A stretch of DNA of 64,000 nucleotides from Candidatus Eiseniibacteriota bacterium. Lineage in GTDB: Bacteria; Eisenbacteria; RBG-16-71-46; JABDJR01. The position numbers and the translations under genes are program-made. Under the pieces are notes generated by a model. That model had not been told where the DNA came from. It worked only from the letters and a program-made list of their open reading frames with translations, and searched no databases. This document shows, in pieces, positions 38,087 to 51,789 of the stretch. The stretch's first letter is position 1, and each line of letters begins with the position of its first letter. Location of the stretch: NCBI GenBank assembly GCA_963762255.1, contig CAVXKA010000001.1, positions 704,001 to 768,000 of the forward strand. Reading direction: 5' to 3'.

Positions 38087-39020
38087 ATCGGATCACGCGC
38101 CTCGCGCCGGCGTCGATTCCTCGCCGGGCGCGGCCACCCAGGCCGTCGTGTTCGGCATCCTCACCCTCATCTGGGGCACGACGTGGCTCGGCATCAAGAT
38201 CGGCCTCGAGTCGTTCCCCCCGTTCTTCTCGCTGGCATTGCGGTTCGGACTGTCGGGGCCGATCTTTCTGCTCATCATGAAGCTGCGCGGCGTGAAGATC
38301 CCCTGGGAGCCGCGCTACCAGCCGTTCTTCCTGACCATCGGGTTTCTCTCGTTCGTCGTCTCCTACGGGGTCGTCTACTGGAGCGAGCAGTACATCACGA
38401 GCGGCCTCGCCGCCGTGCTGTTCGCGCTGCTGCCACTCCTCACCGCCGTGTTCGCGCACTTCATGCTGCACGAGGAGAAGCTGGGGACGTGGAAGGTGGC
38501 GGGACTGGGGCTGAGCCTGGCGGGGATTGCGATCATCTATTCGGAGGACCTCCGCCAGATCCATCCGCTCGCCCCCGTGGCCGCGCTGGTCATGTTGATC
38601 TCACCGGCGGTCACGGCGCTTTCCGGAGTTCTCAGCAAGCGGCGAAGCCGCGAGATCTCGCCGCTGGCCATGGCCGGCATCCCCATGACCTACGGCGCCA
38701 TCGCGCACACGATCCTCTGGTTGCTACTGGAGCGCGGTGAGCCCATTGCCTGGACCTGGCCCGGGGTGATGTCCGTGCTCTACCTCACCCTCTTCGGGTC
38801 GGTCATCGCATTCGGCGGCTATTACTGGCTCCTGCAGCACATGCCGGTCGGCCGACTCGCGCTCATGGCGTATCTCACGCCGATCGTCGCGCTTCTCCTC
38901 GGCATCTTCGGCGCCCACGAGCACATGACCGCGCGCATCATGATCGGAGCGACGCTGGTTCTGGCGGGGGTGGCGGGGGCGGAGCTGATGCGGGGGCGCA
39001 GGCCGCAGGCGGCGCCATGA
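38076..39020 (+). CDS. EamA/DMT family transporter
   Basis: IWGTTWLGIK, ITSGLAAVL, YLTLFGS, AYLTPIVA; about 10 TM; overlaps the queE stop. Confidence 0.9.
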   Translation: MASESDHAPRAGVDSSPGAATQAVVFGILTLIWGTTWLGIKIGLESFPPFFSLALRFGLSGPIFLLIMKLRGVKIPWEPRYQPFFLTIGFLSFVVSYGVVYWSEQYITSGLAAVLFALLPLLTAVFAHFMLHEEKLGTWKVAGLGLSLAGIAIIYSEDLRQIHPLAPVAALVMLISPAVTALSGVLSKRRSREISPLAMAGIPMTYGAIAHTILWLLLERGEPIAWTWPGVMSVLYLTLFGSVIAFGGYYWLLQHMPVGRLALMAYLTPIVALLLGIFGAHEHMTARIMIGATLVLAGVAGAELMRGRRPQAAP

Positions 39021-39599
39021 TCAAAGCCGGCGCATCGCCCGAGCAAGTCGGTGCATCGATTCCGGGCTCATCTCCGCGGTGCGGTTGAGGCCCAATGCCG
39101 CAAGCGCCGCACCCAACGTGAAGACCGAGAGCAGGGTTTCCCCGGCGCCGCCCGGCAGGAAGAACCACAGGATGGCGCCATAGGTCAGCCCAGCGCCCAG
39201 CACGAAGAGCCGCACGCCAAGCAACGCGCGCGCCGCCTTCTCCGCGCCGACCCGCCCCATCATGTCCAGCGCGAACCTCAACGAGGCCGCGGCCAAGCCC
39301 ACCGCCAGCACGACGAACGCGAGCAGGATCTCGGCGCCAACCAGGATGCCCCAGTGGAGGCGCGCCCACGCGGTCACCCCCCACGCAATCACGGCCGGAA
39401 CCTGGAGCGCCAACCCGACCTGGGCGGCTCTTCCCAGCGCGGCAAGCAGGTGATCGCGCACGTTTCTCGAATCGCGCAGCTCGTCGTGGGCGCCTCGGCG
39501 GGCCAGCTCCTGAAATGCCACCCACTGCATGGCGGGGAGCATCAGGAGAAAGAGGACAACGGCGAGGCGAAGGAGGTCTCGAAAAATGTCGGCCGGCAT
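39021..39599 (-). CDS. Hypothetical integral membrane protein
   Basis: About 5 hydrophobic helices; directly downstream of rex. Confidence 0.6.
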   Translation of the reverse strand: MPADIFRDLLRLAVVLFLLMLPAMQWVAFQELARRGAHDELRDSRNVRDHLLAALGRAAQVGLALQVPAVIAWGVTAWARLHWGILVGAEILLAFVVLAVGLAAASLRFALDMMGRVGAEKAARALLGVRLFVLGAGLTYGAILWFFLPGGAGETLLSVFTLGAALAALGLNRTAEMSPESMHRLARAMRRL

Positions 39600-39606
39600 C
39601 GCCGTC

Positions 39607-40236
39607 TCACTTCAGCGCGTAGGAAAGACTCTCCAGCTCGATGGCCAGGTTCACGTTGCGCAGGTTCACGTGATCGGGCAAGAACAGCTTCTTTGGCGCG
39701 AAGTTGAGGATCCCGCGCACGCCCGCCCGGACGAGACGGTCGGCCACATCCGCCGCCGCGGCCGCGGGGGTGGTGATGATGCCTATCTCGATGCGCTCCT
39801 TGTCGACGGCATCCGAGAGCTCGTCGATCGACCGCACCAGCATCCCATTCCAATCCTGGCCGATCTTGTCGGGATCGTTGTCGAAGACGGCCATGATCTC
39901 GAATCCCTCGCGCGCGAATTCCCGGTACGCCACCAGCGCGTGGGCGAGGTTTCCGGCGCCGACCAACCCCACGCGCCAGCTTCGGTTGAGACCGAGGATC
40001 GTGCGGATCTCGATTTCGAGCTGGGACACCGAATACCCGGTGCCGCGCTTGCCGAAGTGCCCGAAGAGCGAGAGGTCCTTGCGCACCTGCGCCGGGGTGG
40101 CGCCGGCGCGGCGCGCGAGTCCGTACGAGGACACGGTCTCTTCGCCCGCGGCGCGCAGGTCACCGAGGATGCGGTAGTACCCCGAGAGCCGGCGCACGGT
40201 GGGATCCGAAATGCGGAGCTCCTCCGCTGCGTTCAC
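39607..40236 (-). CDS. rex: Redox-sensing transcriptional repressor Rex
   Basis: [40 protein letters not shown]. Confidence 0.95.
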   Translation of the reverse strand: MNAAEELRISDPTVRRLSGYYRILGDLRAAGEETVSSYGLARRAGATPAQVRKDLSLFGHFGKRGTGYSVSQLEIEIRTILGLNRSWRVGLVGAGNLAHALVAYREFAREGFEIMAVFDNDPDKIGQDWNGMLVRSIDELSDAVDKERIEIGIITTPAAAAADVADRLVRAGVRGILNFAPKKLFLPDHVNLRNVNLAIELESLSYALK

Positions 40237-42869
40237 TCGTTCTCCTCGCCGTCATCCTCGTCTTCTTCGATGTCGATGTCGTCGTCGAGGTCGACGTCCT
40301 CCTCGTCTTCGGTCAGGTCGTCGTCCCCCGCGCCGTCCCCCTCGATCGCCTCGTCGTCCTCGGCGACGTCCTCCAACCCCTTGACGGCGCCGGCTGCGGC
40401 CGCCCCGCCACCACCCACGACGCCGGCCTCCTCTTCGTCGTCCTTCACGATGCGGGCGACATCGGCCACGGTATCGCCGGCCTCGAGGTTGATCAGGCGG
40501 ACCCCCTGGGTGTTGCGGCCGAGCACCGAGACGTCGTGGATGGGGAGCCGGATCACGATGCCGTTGCGACTCGTGATCATGAGTTCATCGTCGGACTTCA
40601 CCTCGCGGATCGCGATCAGCGTGCCGTTCCGCGTGGAGGGCTTGATGGTGATGATGCCCTTCCCGCCGCGGCCGGTCACGCGGTAGTCCTCGACCCGACT
40701 CCGCTTGCCGAACCCGTTGGCGGTCACGGCGAGGATCTCCGAGTCCTCGCGTTGCAAGACCACCATTCCGATGACGTCGTCCTGATCGGTGTCCAGGGTC
40801 ACGCCGCGCACGCCGCGCGTGTTGCGTCCCATGGACCGTACCTTGGATTCGTTGAATCGGATGGCCCTGCCGAGGCGCTTGGCCAGCACGACCTCCCTGC
40901 GCCCATCTGTGAGGACGACGTCGATGATCTCGTCCCCCTCGTCCAGCGCGATCGCGATGATGCCGTCGCGGCGGACGTTGGCGTACGCGGTGAGGTTGGT
41001 CTTCTTGACCTGCCCCTTCTTGGTCGCGAAGAGGAGGAAGTAGGCGGGATCGAAGTCCCGCACCGCGGCCACCGAAGCGATACGCTCGCCCGCCTTCAGC
41101 ATGACCAGGTTCACGATGGCCTTGCCCTTGGCGGTGCGGCCTCCCTGCGGAATCTCGTGGACCTTGAGCCAGTAGACGCGGCCCATGTTCGTGAACACGA
41201 GCACGTAGGAATGCGTCGACGCGATGAAGAGGTGCTCGACGAAGTCGTCCTCGCGGGTGGTCTGGCCGGTGACCCCGCGGCCGCCGCGGCGCTGGCGGCG
41301 GTAGGTGTTCACCGGGAGCCGCTTGATGTAGCCGAGGTGGCTGATGGTGATGACCATGTCCTCGTCGGCGATGAGATCCTCCACCGAGAACTCGCCCTCC
41401 GCCGACCGGATCTCCGTGCGGCGCCGGTCGCCGTACTTGGCCTTGAGTTCGACCATCTCCCCCTGGATGAGATCGAGCACCCGCCGCTCGCTAGCCAGGA
41501 TCGCCTTGTACTCGGCGATCAGGAGTTGCAGCTCCGCGTACTCCGCCTCGATCTTGCCGCGCTCGAGGCCGGTGAGGCGCGCCAGACGCATGTCGAGGAT
41601 CGCCTGAGCTTGCAGGTCCGAAAGCCCGAACTGCCGCATGAGGCCGTCCTTGGCCTCGGCGGGGTCCTTGCTGGCGCGGATGAGATGGACCACCGCGTCG
41701 ATGTTGTCGAGGGCGATGCGAAGCCCTTCCAGGATGTGGGCGCGCTTCTCCGCCTGATCGAGGTCGTACTGGGTCCGCCGGACGATGACCTCCCGGCGGT
41801 GCTCGATGAAGTGCCGGATCATCTCCTTCAGGGTCATGGTCACCGGCCGGTTGTTCACGAGGGCCAGCAAGTTGGCGCCGAAGGTCTGCTGCATCTGAGT
41901 GTGCTTGAAGAGCTGGTTCAGGATGACCTGGGAGGCCACGTCGCGCTTCAGCTCGATCACGATCCGCATGCCGTTGCGGTCGGACTCGTCGCGCAGATCG
42001 GAGACGCCGTTGATGGCGCCGGAACGCACGAGGTCGGCGATCTTCTCGAGGAGCGCCGACTTGTTGACCATGTACGGGATCTCGGTGACGAGAATGACCT
42101 CGCGGTTGTTCTCCATCACATCGATCGTGGCCCGCGCGCGAACGGTGATGAGCCCGCGGCCGGTGGCGTACGCACTGCGAATCCCATCCCGCCCCATGAT
42201 GATGCCGCCGGTGGGGAAGTCGGGGCCCGGCACGATCTGGAGCAGCTCCTCGTCGGTCAGGTCGGGGTTGTCGATCAGCTCCGACACCGCGTCGGCCACC
42301 TCGTTGAGGTTGTGCGGCGGCACGTTGGTGGCCATGCCCACCGCGATCCCGGCCGCGCCGTTGCAGAGCAGATTGGGGAAACGTCCGGGGAGCACCACCG
42401 GCTCCTCGCGGACGTTTTCGTAGTTGGGACGGAAATTGACGGTCTGCCGGTCGATCTCCGAGAGCATCTCCATGCCGACCGGGGAGAGGCGCGCCTCGGT
42501 GTACCGCTCGGCCGCTGCCGAATCGCCGTCGACGCTGCCAAAGTTCCCCTGGCCGTCCACCAGCGGGTAACGCAGCGAGAAGTTCTGGGCAAGACGCACC
42601 ATCGCGTCGTAGATCGCCGAGGTGCCGTGGGGGTGATAGTTACCGTTGACGTCCCCGGTGATCTTGGCGCTCTTGCGATACGGCCGATCCGGGGAAAGGT
42701 TGAGGTCGTTCATCGCGACCAGAATCCGGCGCTGCACCGGCTTCATACCGTCGCGCACATCGGGAAGCGCCCGGTTCACGATGACCGACATCGAGTAGTC
42801 GAGATACGCGGTGCGCATCTCATCTTCAATGGCCGCGGGAATCACGCGCTTCCCTGCTTCGTCTGCCAT
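40233..42869 (-). CDS. gyrA: DNA gyrase subunit A
   Basis: [35 protein letters not shown], GyrA-box QRRGGRG, acidic tail. Confidence 0.97.
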   Translation of the reverse strand: MADEAGKRVIPAAIEDEMRTAYLDYSMSVIVNRALPDVRDGMKPVQRRILVAMNDLNLSPDRPYRKSAKITGDVNGNYHPHGTSAIYDAMVRLAQNFSLRYPLVDGQGNFGSVDGDSAAAERYTEARLSPVGMEMLSEIDRQTVNFRPNYENVREEPVVLPGRFPNLLCNGAAGIAVGMATNVPPHNLNEVADAVSELIDNPDLTDEELLQIVPGPDFPTGGIIMGRDGIRSAYATGRGLITVRARATIDVMENNREVILVTEIPYMVNKSALLEKIADLVRSGAINGVSDLRDESDRNGMRIVIELKRDVASQVILNQLFKHTQMQQTFGANLLALVNNRPVTMTLKEMIRHFIEHRREVIVRRTQYDLDQAEKRAHILEGLRIALDNIDAVVHLIRASKDPAEAKDGLMRQFGLSDLQAQAILDMRLARLTGLERGKIEAEYAELQLLIAEYKAILASERRVLDLIQGEMVELKAKYGDRRRTEIRSAEGEFSVEDLIADEDMVITISHLGYIKRLPVNTYRRQRRGGRGVTGQTTREDDFVEHLFIASTHSYVLVFTNMGRVYWLKVHEIPQGGRTAKGKAIVNLVMLKAGERIASVAAVRDFDPAYFLLFATKKGQVKKTNLTAYANVRRDGIIAIALDEGDEIIDVVLTDGRREVVLAKRLGRAIRFNESKVRSMGRNTRGVRGVTLDTDQDDVIGMVVLQREDSEILAVTANGFGKRSRVEDYRVTGRGGKGIITIKPSTRNGTLIAIREVKSDDELMITSRNGIVIRLPIHDVSVLGRNTQGVRLINLEAGDTVADVARIVKDDEEEAGVVGGGGAAAAGAVKGLEDVAEDDEAIEGDGAGDDDLTEDEEDVDLDDDIDIEEDEDDGEENE

Positions 42870-43133
42870 TCCAACTCCTTGGTCTTCAACGGGTTGCTAA
42901 TCGCGCCGAGCGGGTGGGGGCGGCCGTCGGGCCCGCGAGACACACGCCTGCCGGTGGGGGAATAAGCAGGGGTCGAAACGCTGAACCGAATCGTGGCCAG
43001 GACGGGTTGCCCCCCCGTCGCACAAGTCGGAATTGTATAGAGTTAGGCCGATTTCAACCAGCCTGTTTCTCGGGCCGGAGCGAGGCCGCGCCGGGGGCCG
43101 CGCAGCCCGCCTGAAGGCCGCGGGTCATCGTCC

Positions 43134-44297
43134 CTAGAGCGCGACCTTCGCCGCCCACCGCACCAGCGGGTAGCTCAGGCTGATGCTCTGCGACACACGG
43201 CCGTCCAGCTCCAGGAAGCGCCACTTCCATCCCAGGCCCAGGCTGATCTCCGGCTCGCGCAGGGAGCCCGCGGTGTCGCGACTTCGGGATGTATCCCCGG
43301 AAGAGATCCCCATGCCGAGCCGACGCTCATCGGTGATCGTGAAGGTCGCGGGCGCCACGACGCCTGCGCGTACGATGAGATCCTTGGACACTTCTTTCTC
43401 GCCGGACAGGAAGAGGTTTCCGCTGTAGACCGTCTTGCTGCTGGCGCGAATCTCGGTGGAGCTGTACCCGCCGCCCAGCGTCATGGTGGTCCGGTCGGAC
43501 CAACTGACGCTGGCCCCGATCACGAGATCGTCCAGCTTCTCGTGGCGCAATCGCCACCCGAGGTCCAGCGAAAGCGTCTTGCGCACCAGATCGACCGAAT
43601 ACGGCCCGCTCCATTTCGGCCGCAGATCTTCATAGGAGAACCGGGCCGCGGCGAGAAGCCCGGAGTCCACGGCGAGGGTGCGCAGGCCGATCTCTCCGCC
43701 GAGCCCCGAGTCGCCATCGAATCGCACCGACCCGGAATCGATGTCCCCGCCACTACCGAGCTGGTAGAACCTCGACTCGCCCTCGCTCTGGATCAGGGAG
43801 CCCGCCGTCGCGATCTCGAAGATGCGCCCGTTTTCGTCCCCGGCCCGCCATCCCAGACCCAGCCGAAACGCCCGTTCGGCGTTCTCGGAACGATTGGCAT
43901 TCTCGGAATTCACTTCGAGCCCCGTGCCGGTTGCGCCACGGTGGAAGTAGACCCTGTCATCCTCACTGCTCGAATAGCCATCCCGAAAACCGAGGGTCAT
44001 TCCCCATCGCGAAGGCCCGCTCACGATCAGGTTATGGGTCTTGCCGTCCACGAGGTAGCCGTAACGAAAGCTCTCTCCCATCAGAACCAGGGCCAGGTCG
44101 TCATCCAGTAGCACCTCGGATCCGTTCATTCCCGCAAGGGCCGGGTAGAGGAACAGCACCGAGGCGTCCGAGGCAAGACCGCCCGGAAGCGCGCGGGATT
44201 CGAGCGCCGCTCGCGATGCGCGGGCCGGTGCCGCCGCGAGAAGAACGCCCACTGCCAGGACCCAAACCATCATCCATTGCCGCATTGTCGTCATCAT
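43134..44297 (-). CDS. Putative outer-membrane beta-barrel protein (paralog of neighbour)
   Basis: Signal peptide, beta-strand pattern, C-terminus LGLGWKWR...PLVRWAAKVAL. Confidence 0.6.
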   Translation of the reverse strand: MMTTMRQWMMVWVLAVGVLLAAAPARASRAALESRALPGGLASDASVLFLYPALAGMNGSEVLLDDDLALVLMGESFRYGYLVDGKTHNLIVSGPSRWGMTLGFRDGYSSSEDDRVYFHRGATGTGLEVNSENANRSENAERAFRLGLGWRAGDENGRIFEIATAGSLIQSEGESRFYQLGSGGDIDSGSVRFDGDSGLGGEIGLRTLAVDSGLLAAARFSYEDLRPKWSGPYSVDLVRKTLSLDLGWRLRHEKLDDLVIGASVSWSDRTTMTLGGGYSSTEIRASSKTVYSGNLFLSGEKEVSKDLIVRAGVVAPATFTITDERRLGMGISSGDTSRSRDTAGSLREPEISLGLGWKWRFLELDGRVSQSISLSYPLVRWAAKVAL

Positions 44298-44308
44298 CCC
44301 GCGCTCCT

Positions 44309-45556
44309 TCAGAAGGACACCCGCGCAGCCCATCGCATGAGGGGTGCGTCCCAAGAGAAATCGTTCTGGACCCATGCCTCCACGTCGAGTGATCGCCATC
44401 GCCAGCCGCCCCCCAATCGGATGTCCGGCCCAAACATCGCCTGCATCACCTTGCGTGTGTTGACGACCTCCCACTCGGGGTCGCCGAGTTTGTAGGGTTC
44501 GACCGGGGAGGCATACTCCCGCTCGGTGACATCCCTCATGAACGGGGTACGCACGCCGCCTCGGAGGGTGAGGAAATCGCCCACGCGCTCTTGCATGGAG
44601 ATGAAGACCACCCCCGTCCAATCGGTCGAGACCGTGTGGTCCACCGTTACGGCTTTGGGTTCCACCCGGGGCTTGGATTCCTCAGAACGAGAGCGCAGCA
44701 CCTCGATGCCCACCAGCACCTCATCCACCGCGCCCGGACGCATACGCCAACCCGATTGCAGGACGCCTTGCTCGAAGGAATCCGTCCACCCCGGCCGCCC
44801 CGAGTTCCGAGCATCCCATCGATCCCGACGATAGTGCGCGGCGAGAAGAAGCCCGGGGCGCGAGGTCGCCGTGCGCGCGGCCACCTCGAATCGGACCCCG
44901 CCGCGCAGGTCCCAGGTTTCGGGTTGCCTGGTGGCGATCGAGTCCGTCGGGTCCTCCCCCCACCACTCGGTGGTCCCATCCACGACCCCGCCGGCCATCG
45001 CCACCTCGAAGGTGCGTCCCGAGGGGCTCCGCATCATCCACTCGGCACCCACCCGCGCTTCTCGGGTCTTGAGTTCATTGCCGTAATGCGAGCCCCACGT
45101 CAGCGAGTCGTGCATCCAGACGCTTTCGTACTCGTTTCCGGCCACATACTGCCGCCATCCAAAGGAGAGCCCCCAACCGCCGACACCGGCCAGAAGGAGC
45201 GTGTGCGTGTCCCCGTCAAGAAGGTAGCCCGCACGGAGCGCCCCGCGCCCCGCCAGAGCAAGCGCGAAGTCTTGCCGCGCCGTGTCCTCGACGTACCACG
45301 AGTCTTCCCCGCCGACATTCGCCACAAGGCTTGAACCCCAGACCTCCCGCCGGTCATAGAGCAGGCACGCGGCAAATCCGGACGCGGAAGCAGGAAAGAG
45401 CGCCAGCGATCCCTCATCCGGGGCGAGAAGATCCGGAAGGGCCTTGGCGGCCAACGCAGTCGGCGTTGCCCCGACTCGACGCGCGGGGCCGGCCAGACTC
45501 GACACCATCGTCAGGAGGCCGACCACCCCGACGACGATGCCCCTGCCCAGCCTCAT
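44309..45556 (-). CDS. Putative outer-membrane beta-barrel protein (paralog of neighbour)
   Basis: Signal peptide, shared GYL.DG.TH.L motif, C-terminus LGGGWRWR...PLMRWAARVSF with terminal Phe. Confidence 0.6.
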   Translation of the reverse strand: MRLGRGIVVGVVGLLTMVSSLAGPARRVGATPTALAAKALPDLLAPDEGSLALFPASASGFAACLLYDRREVWGSSLVANVGGEDSWYVEDTARQDFALALAGRGALRAGYLLDGDTHTLLLAGVGGWGLSFGWRQYVAGNEYESVWMHDSLTWGSHYGNELKTREARVGAEWMMRSPSGRTFEVAMAGGVVDGTTEWWGEDPTDSIATRQPETWDLRGGVRFEVAARTATSRPGLLLAAHYRRDRWDARNSGRPGWTDSFEQGVLQSGWRMRPGAVDEVLVGIEVLRSRSEESKPRVEPKAVTVDHTVSTDWTGVVFISMQERVGDFLTLRGGVRTPFMRDVTEREYASPVEPYKLGDPEWEVVNTRKVMQAMFGPDIRLGGGWRWRSLDVEAWVQNDFSWDAPLMRWAARVSF

Positions 45557-45566
45557 ACCGCCCCTC

Positions 45567-46529
45567 CTATACATGATTACGGAGCATCAACTCTTTGGGG
45601 TGTGGATCGAGGTACGCCTGACCCAGAAGATACTCCTGGTTCCCTGCCCGTGCGTGATGCCGGATCAGCGTGATGGGGACGATGAGCGGCACGAGACCGG
45701 TTCGGTAGTCGTCGACGACCTGGGTCAGCTCCGCGCGCGAAGCCGCATCCAGGTCCCGCTTGAAGTAGCCCGCCATGTGCTGCAGCACGTTGGTGTGCTT
45801 GCGCACGGTCGTGCGCTCGGCAACGGCCTGCATGAACGCGGTCCCGTACTGCGCCTTCGCCGCAGCGGCCCCCAGTTCCTTAGCCCGCGCCACGAGGCGC
45901 CCGAGTTCCACGTATCGCTTCGGACTGTGGGAAAGCAGGAGCAGCTTGTGTGCGGTGTGGAAGGCCACCAGCCGCCCCGTCGTGTACCGCTCATTCAGGA
46001 AGTCCATCCATCGGCGGTAGGCGAAGACGCGCTCGATGAAGTTCTCGCGCAGCACGGGGTCGTTGAGGCGCCCCTCCTCCTCAACCGGCAGAAGCGGGTA
46101 TCGCTCCATGAGGGCGCACGCAAAGAGCCCCACGCCGCCGCGGCCCGGCACCCGCCCCTCGGCGCCGTACACCTTCACCCGCTCCATGCCGCAACTCGGG
46201 GAATTCTTCTTGAGGATGTACCCGCAGAGCCCCGCCGAGTCCAGCTCCTCTGCGCGCCGGCGCGAGTAGGCTTCCATGGCCCGCGTGTGATCCGTGCCGG
46301 ACCGCGTTCCCACCATGCGCGGTGAGGCGGGCTCTCCCTGCAAGCGCACCGGCTCTCGGGGAATGCCCATCCCCACCTCGACCTCGGGACAGACGGGGAC
46401 GTACGTGACGAAGCGGCCGAGCGTGTCGGTGAGAAACGGATCCCGCTTGTGGCCGCCGTCGAAGCGCACCTGCTCGCCGAGAAGGCACTGCGAGATCCCG
46501 ATGCGGATCGCCTGCCCCGCGGCCTCCAC
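45567..46529 (-). CDS. DUF523 (2-thiouracil desulfurase-like) + DUF1722 (YbgA) fusion protein
   Basis: GISQCLLGEQVRFDGGHK, CPEVEVGMGIPRE, LKKNSPSCG, EEEGRL, NVLQHMAGYFK, YL..Q.YL.PHP. Confidence 0.92.
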   Translation of the reverse strand: MEAAGQAIRIGISQCLLGEQVRFDGGHKRDPFLTDTLGRFVTYVPVCPEVEVGMGIPREPVRLQGEPASPRMVGTRSGTDHTRAMEAYSRRRAEELDSAGLCGYILKKNSPSCGMERVKVYGAEGRVPGRGGVGLFACALMERYPLLPVEEEGRLNDPVLRENFIERVFAYRRWMDFLNERYTTGRLVAFHTAHKLLLLSHSPKRYVELGRLVARAKELGAAAAKAQYGTAFMQAVAERTTVRKHTNVLQHMAGYFKRDLDAASRAELTQVVDDYRTGLVPLIVPITLIRHHARAGNQEYLLGQAYLDPHPKELMLRNHV

Positions 46530-46538
46530 GCCAGTCGC

Positions 46539-48786
<2,248 letters not shown>

Positions 48787-48860
48787 GCTTCGATGTCACT
48801 TGCGGACGAGCGCCCGCGGGCCGCGTGGCCGACCGGACCGCGATACGCCGTCGCCGGTGA

Positions 48861-49973
48861 TCACGCCTCCTGGAGCCGCAGCGGCATGACGAGGCAAAGC
48901 AGATCCTCGTTGGCCGCCTGTTGCACCGGTCGGAGAATCCCCGGGCTCAACGCAGTGTTCAGTTCGAGCTGCACGTCGGTGCCATCCATGGTCCGCAAGG
49001 CTTCCAAGAGGTACGCTGCGTTGTAGCCCACCGCGAGCGGCTCCCCGGCGTACTGGACCGTCACCATCTCCTGGCCTTCCCCGACGTCGGCCGTGCTCAC
49101 GCTCAAGTCCATCCGATTGGTGTTCACGCTCACCTTGATCTGGCGAGTCACGCTGTCGGAGAGTACGGCCACGCGGCGGAGGGCGGCGATGAGCTCGTCG
49201 CGGCGAATCGTGAGCTTCTTGGGGTTGTCCTTGGGAATGACCTGTTCGTACTGGGGGAAGTTTCCGTCGATGAGCCGCGAGAAGACGGTGGTAGGCCCCA
49301 CTTCGAAGACGGCGAAGTTCTTGCTCACGGCCAGGTTGATCGTCGCCTGACCGGCCGCCAATCGGACCACTTGTCCCAGAGCCTTCGGCGGAATGAGCAG
49401 GTCGCGGCCTTCCAGACCCTTGAACTCACCCTTGAAGGTAGCCTTGGCGAGCCGGTGCCCGTCGGTGGCGATCATTCTCAACTCGCCGCCCTTGAACTGC
49501 AGCAGGGCTCCGGTCAGGTTCTGGCGGGTCTCGTCGGTTCCGACGGAATACGTGGTCCGCCGAACCGCCTTATCGAGAGTCTCCGTCGGAAGGGTAACCA
49601 TCTTCTCCGCATCGACCTGGGGAAGGTGGGGAAAATCCTCCGGTCCCATGCCCACGATGGAGAACGTGCCGTTGGCGCAGGAAAGCTTCATTTTGGCGTC
49701 TTTGACGGTTACCTTGATGTCCGCATCGGGCAGCTCGCGAACAATCTCTCCCATCCGCTTGGCGGGTACGGTGACCCGACCGGTCTCCGTGACTTCGGCT
49801 TCGCCGCGGGTGCGAATCGAGATATCAAGGTCGGTCGCGACAAGCGTCAGGCCTTCCTTGTCGGCTTCGATGAGAATGTTCGAGAGGATGGGGAGGGTGC
49901 TCTTGGCCGGCACCGCACTGACTACGATTTGCAGGAGCTCCTGCAGGGCTCCCTTGGAAATGGAGAACTTCAT
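48861..49973 (-). CDS. dnaN: DNA polymerase III beta sliding clamp
   Basis: PILSNIL, ATDLD, ATDGHRL, RLIDGNFPQY, LVMPLR. Confidence 0.97.
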   Translation of the reverse strand: MKFSISKGALQELLQIVVSAVPAKSTLPILSNILIEADKEGLTLVATDLDISIRTRGEAEVTETGRVTVPAKRMGEIVRELPDADIKVTVKDAKMKLSCANGTFSIVGMGPEDFPHLPQVDAEKMVTLPTETLDKAVRRTTYSVGTDETRQNLTGALLQFKGGELRMIATDGHRLAKATFKGEFKGLEGRDLLIPPKALGQVVRLAAGQATINLAVSKNFAVFEVGPTTVFSRLIDGNFPQYEQVIPKDNPKKLTIRRDELIAALRRVAVLSDSVTRQIKVSVNTNRMDLSVSTADVGEGQEMVTVQYAGEPLAVGYNAAYLLEALRTMDGTDVQLELNTALSPGILRPVQQAANEDLLCLVMPLRLQEA

Positions 49974-50057
49974 TCTGGATTCCCTTCACTCCGATCGGAA
50001 CGAACCTGACGAGCCTGGTGCGTTCGCATGAGGCGGGGTCACTAAACTCGAACCGGG

Positions 50058-50087
50058 ATTATAGCCCCCGTTTCCGTCGTTTCACAA
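50058..50087 (-). promoter_or_regulatory. Candidate sigma70 promoter of dnaN
   Basis: Minus strand TTGTGA-18 nt-TATAAT. Confidence 0.45.
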
Positions 50088-50179
50088 GGCTCCTTCCCCT
50101 CAATAACGCGTTGTCACGAAGCCAGATGAGTCACCTCCGCGTATGCGGGAAACAACCCTTCCCCTCTCGTGCATCGCGG

Positions 50180-50395
50180 TCCTGGGGAGAACAGGTCTCC
50201 TTCTTCCTATAGGTATTAGAAAGGTAGTTGTAGTAGTAGGGAACCAAAAACGGTGGAGAACCGACAGGGTCTCAATGAAAGCGTTGCTGCTTGCCGTGTT
50301 ACCTGTTCGGCACCTGTCACCGCTTCTCCCCAGCTTTCCGGACTTCTCCCCGGAGACTCGGTCCAACCCGAGCTCCGGGGAGGTTGTCCACGTCT
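50180..50395. other. oriC downstream sub-region: unwinding element with DnaA-trios and degenerate DnaA boxes
   Basis: TAG-TTG-TAG-TAG-TAG at 50225-50239 beside box-like GGTGGAGAA (50252-50260). Further box-like sites at 50183, 50324, 50344 and 50384; dnaA-dnaN intergenic region. Confidence 0.75.
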
Positions 50396-50406
50396 TTTCC
50401 GGAACG

Positions 50407-51765
50407 TTACGACCTTCCGCGCAACCGCTCTTCCAGCTCTTCCACCGTACGCTTGTATTCGGGATCGACATCCATCATCTCGCGCACGCGCTCGCACGCG
50501 TAGAGAACGGTCGTGTGATCGCGACCGCCAAATGCCTTGCCGACATCCGTGAGAGCCATCTCGGTGAGACTGCGACAGATATACATCGCGGTCTGCCGAG
50601 GGACCACGATCACGTTCGTGCGTCGCTTTCCCTTGAGCGATTCCACGGTGGTGTGGAACTGCTGGGCGACCGCTTTGCTGATCGCGGCAGCGTCGGGACG
50701 GGAGGCCTTGCCGCCGCGCATGAAGTCGGTGAGGACATGGTTGGCCAGATCCACCGAGATCGTGCTGCCGGTCAGGGTGGCGACCGCTACCAGCCGGACG
50801 AGAGATCCCTCAAGTTCACGGATGTTGGAGCGGACGTTTTCAGCGATGAGGAGTGCGACATCCTCGGGGAGGTGGACGCTTTCGGTTTCCGCCTTCTTGC
50901 GGAGGATGGCCACCCGCGTCTCGAGATCGGGCGGCTGGAGATCGGCCACCAGGCCCCAGTGAAAGCGGCTCACCAGCCGCTCTTCCAGCATCCGGATCTC
51001 CTTCGGCGGCCGGTCGCTGGTCATGACGATCTGCTTCTTGGACTCGTACAAGGCGTTGAAGGTGTGGAAGAACTCCTCCTGCGTGCTTTCCTTGCCGGCC
51101 AGAAACTGGATGTCGTCGATGAGGAGAAAGTCCGCGCTGCGGTACTTGCGCTTGAAATCCAGCGTCTTGTTGTTCTGGATCGAGTAGATCATCTCGTAGG
51201 TGAACTTCTCGCTGGACACGTAGTACACCCGGGCAGTGGGGCGGCGGGCGAGGGCTGCGTTTCCGATGGCCTGCATGAGATGGGTCTTGCCCATCCCCAC
51301 TCCGCCATATAGGAAAAGGGGGTTGTAGGAAGTAGCGGGATTCTCCGCTACGGCCTTGCATGCGGCGTGGGCGAGTTGGTTGCTCTTGCCGACCACGAAG
51401 CTCTCGAACGTGTACTTCGGGTCCAGCCGAGGCGCCTCCTCGAACACTCGCGGGGGGCGGGGCGCGCCGGGGCGAGGGGCCGGCGACTCGTGCACCGAGT
51501 GCACCTCGAGGAGGGGATCCACTTTGAAGCGAATGTCGCGGCCGTCGCCGTAGGTCCGTGTCGCGGCGCGACGTAGTACGTCGAGGTAGTTCTCGGAGAG
51601 CCATTCAGCGGCGAACTGGTTGGGCACCCCGATGGTGAGCTTCTCATCGTCGATGGAATCGAAACGAATGGGGCGGAACCAGGTCTCGTAGGCCTGGTCC
51701 TGGACGCGAGATCGCACCTCCTGCAGGAACATCCGCCAGTCGGGAGACAGGGGCTCTGTTGCCAT
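50407..51765 (-). CDS. dnaA: Chromosomal replication initiator DnaA
   Basis: [60 protein letters not shown]. Confidence 0.98.
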   Translation of the reverse strand: MATEPLSPDWRMFLQEVRSRVQDQAYETWFRPIRFDSIDDEKLTIGVPNQFAAEWLSENYLDVLRRAATRTYGDGRDIRFKVDPLLEVHSVHESPAPRPGAPRPPRVFEEAPRLDPKYTFESFVVGKSNQLAHAACKAVAENPATSYNPLFLYGGVGMGKTHLMQAIGNAALARRPTARVYYVSSEKFTYEMIYSIQNNKTLDFKRKYRSADFLLIDDIQFLAGKESTQEEFFHTFNALYESKKQIVMTSDRPPKEIRMLEERLVSRFHWGLVADLQPPDLETRVAILRKKAETESVHLPEDVALLIAENVRSNIRELEGSLVRLVAVATLTGSTISVDLANHVLTDFMRGGKASRPDAAAISKAVAQQFHTTVESLKGKRRTNVIVVPRQTAMYICRSLTEMALTDVGKAFGGRDHTTVLYACERVREMMDVDPEYKRTVEELEERLRGRS

Positions 51766-51789
51766 GGACGGGGGACTCCTTCATGCGTG

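Noticed and set aside
40536-42965. Long antisense ORFs (809 aa here; also 46449-48056, 25405-27042, 15289-17025, 12506-14131)
   Set aside because: Shadow ORFs opposite well-conserved genes, expected from high-GC codon bias; no motifs.
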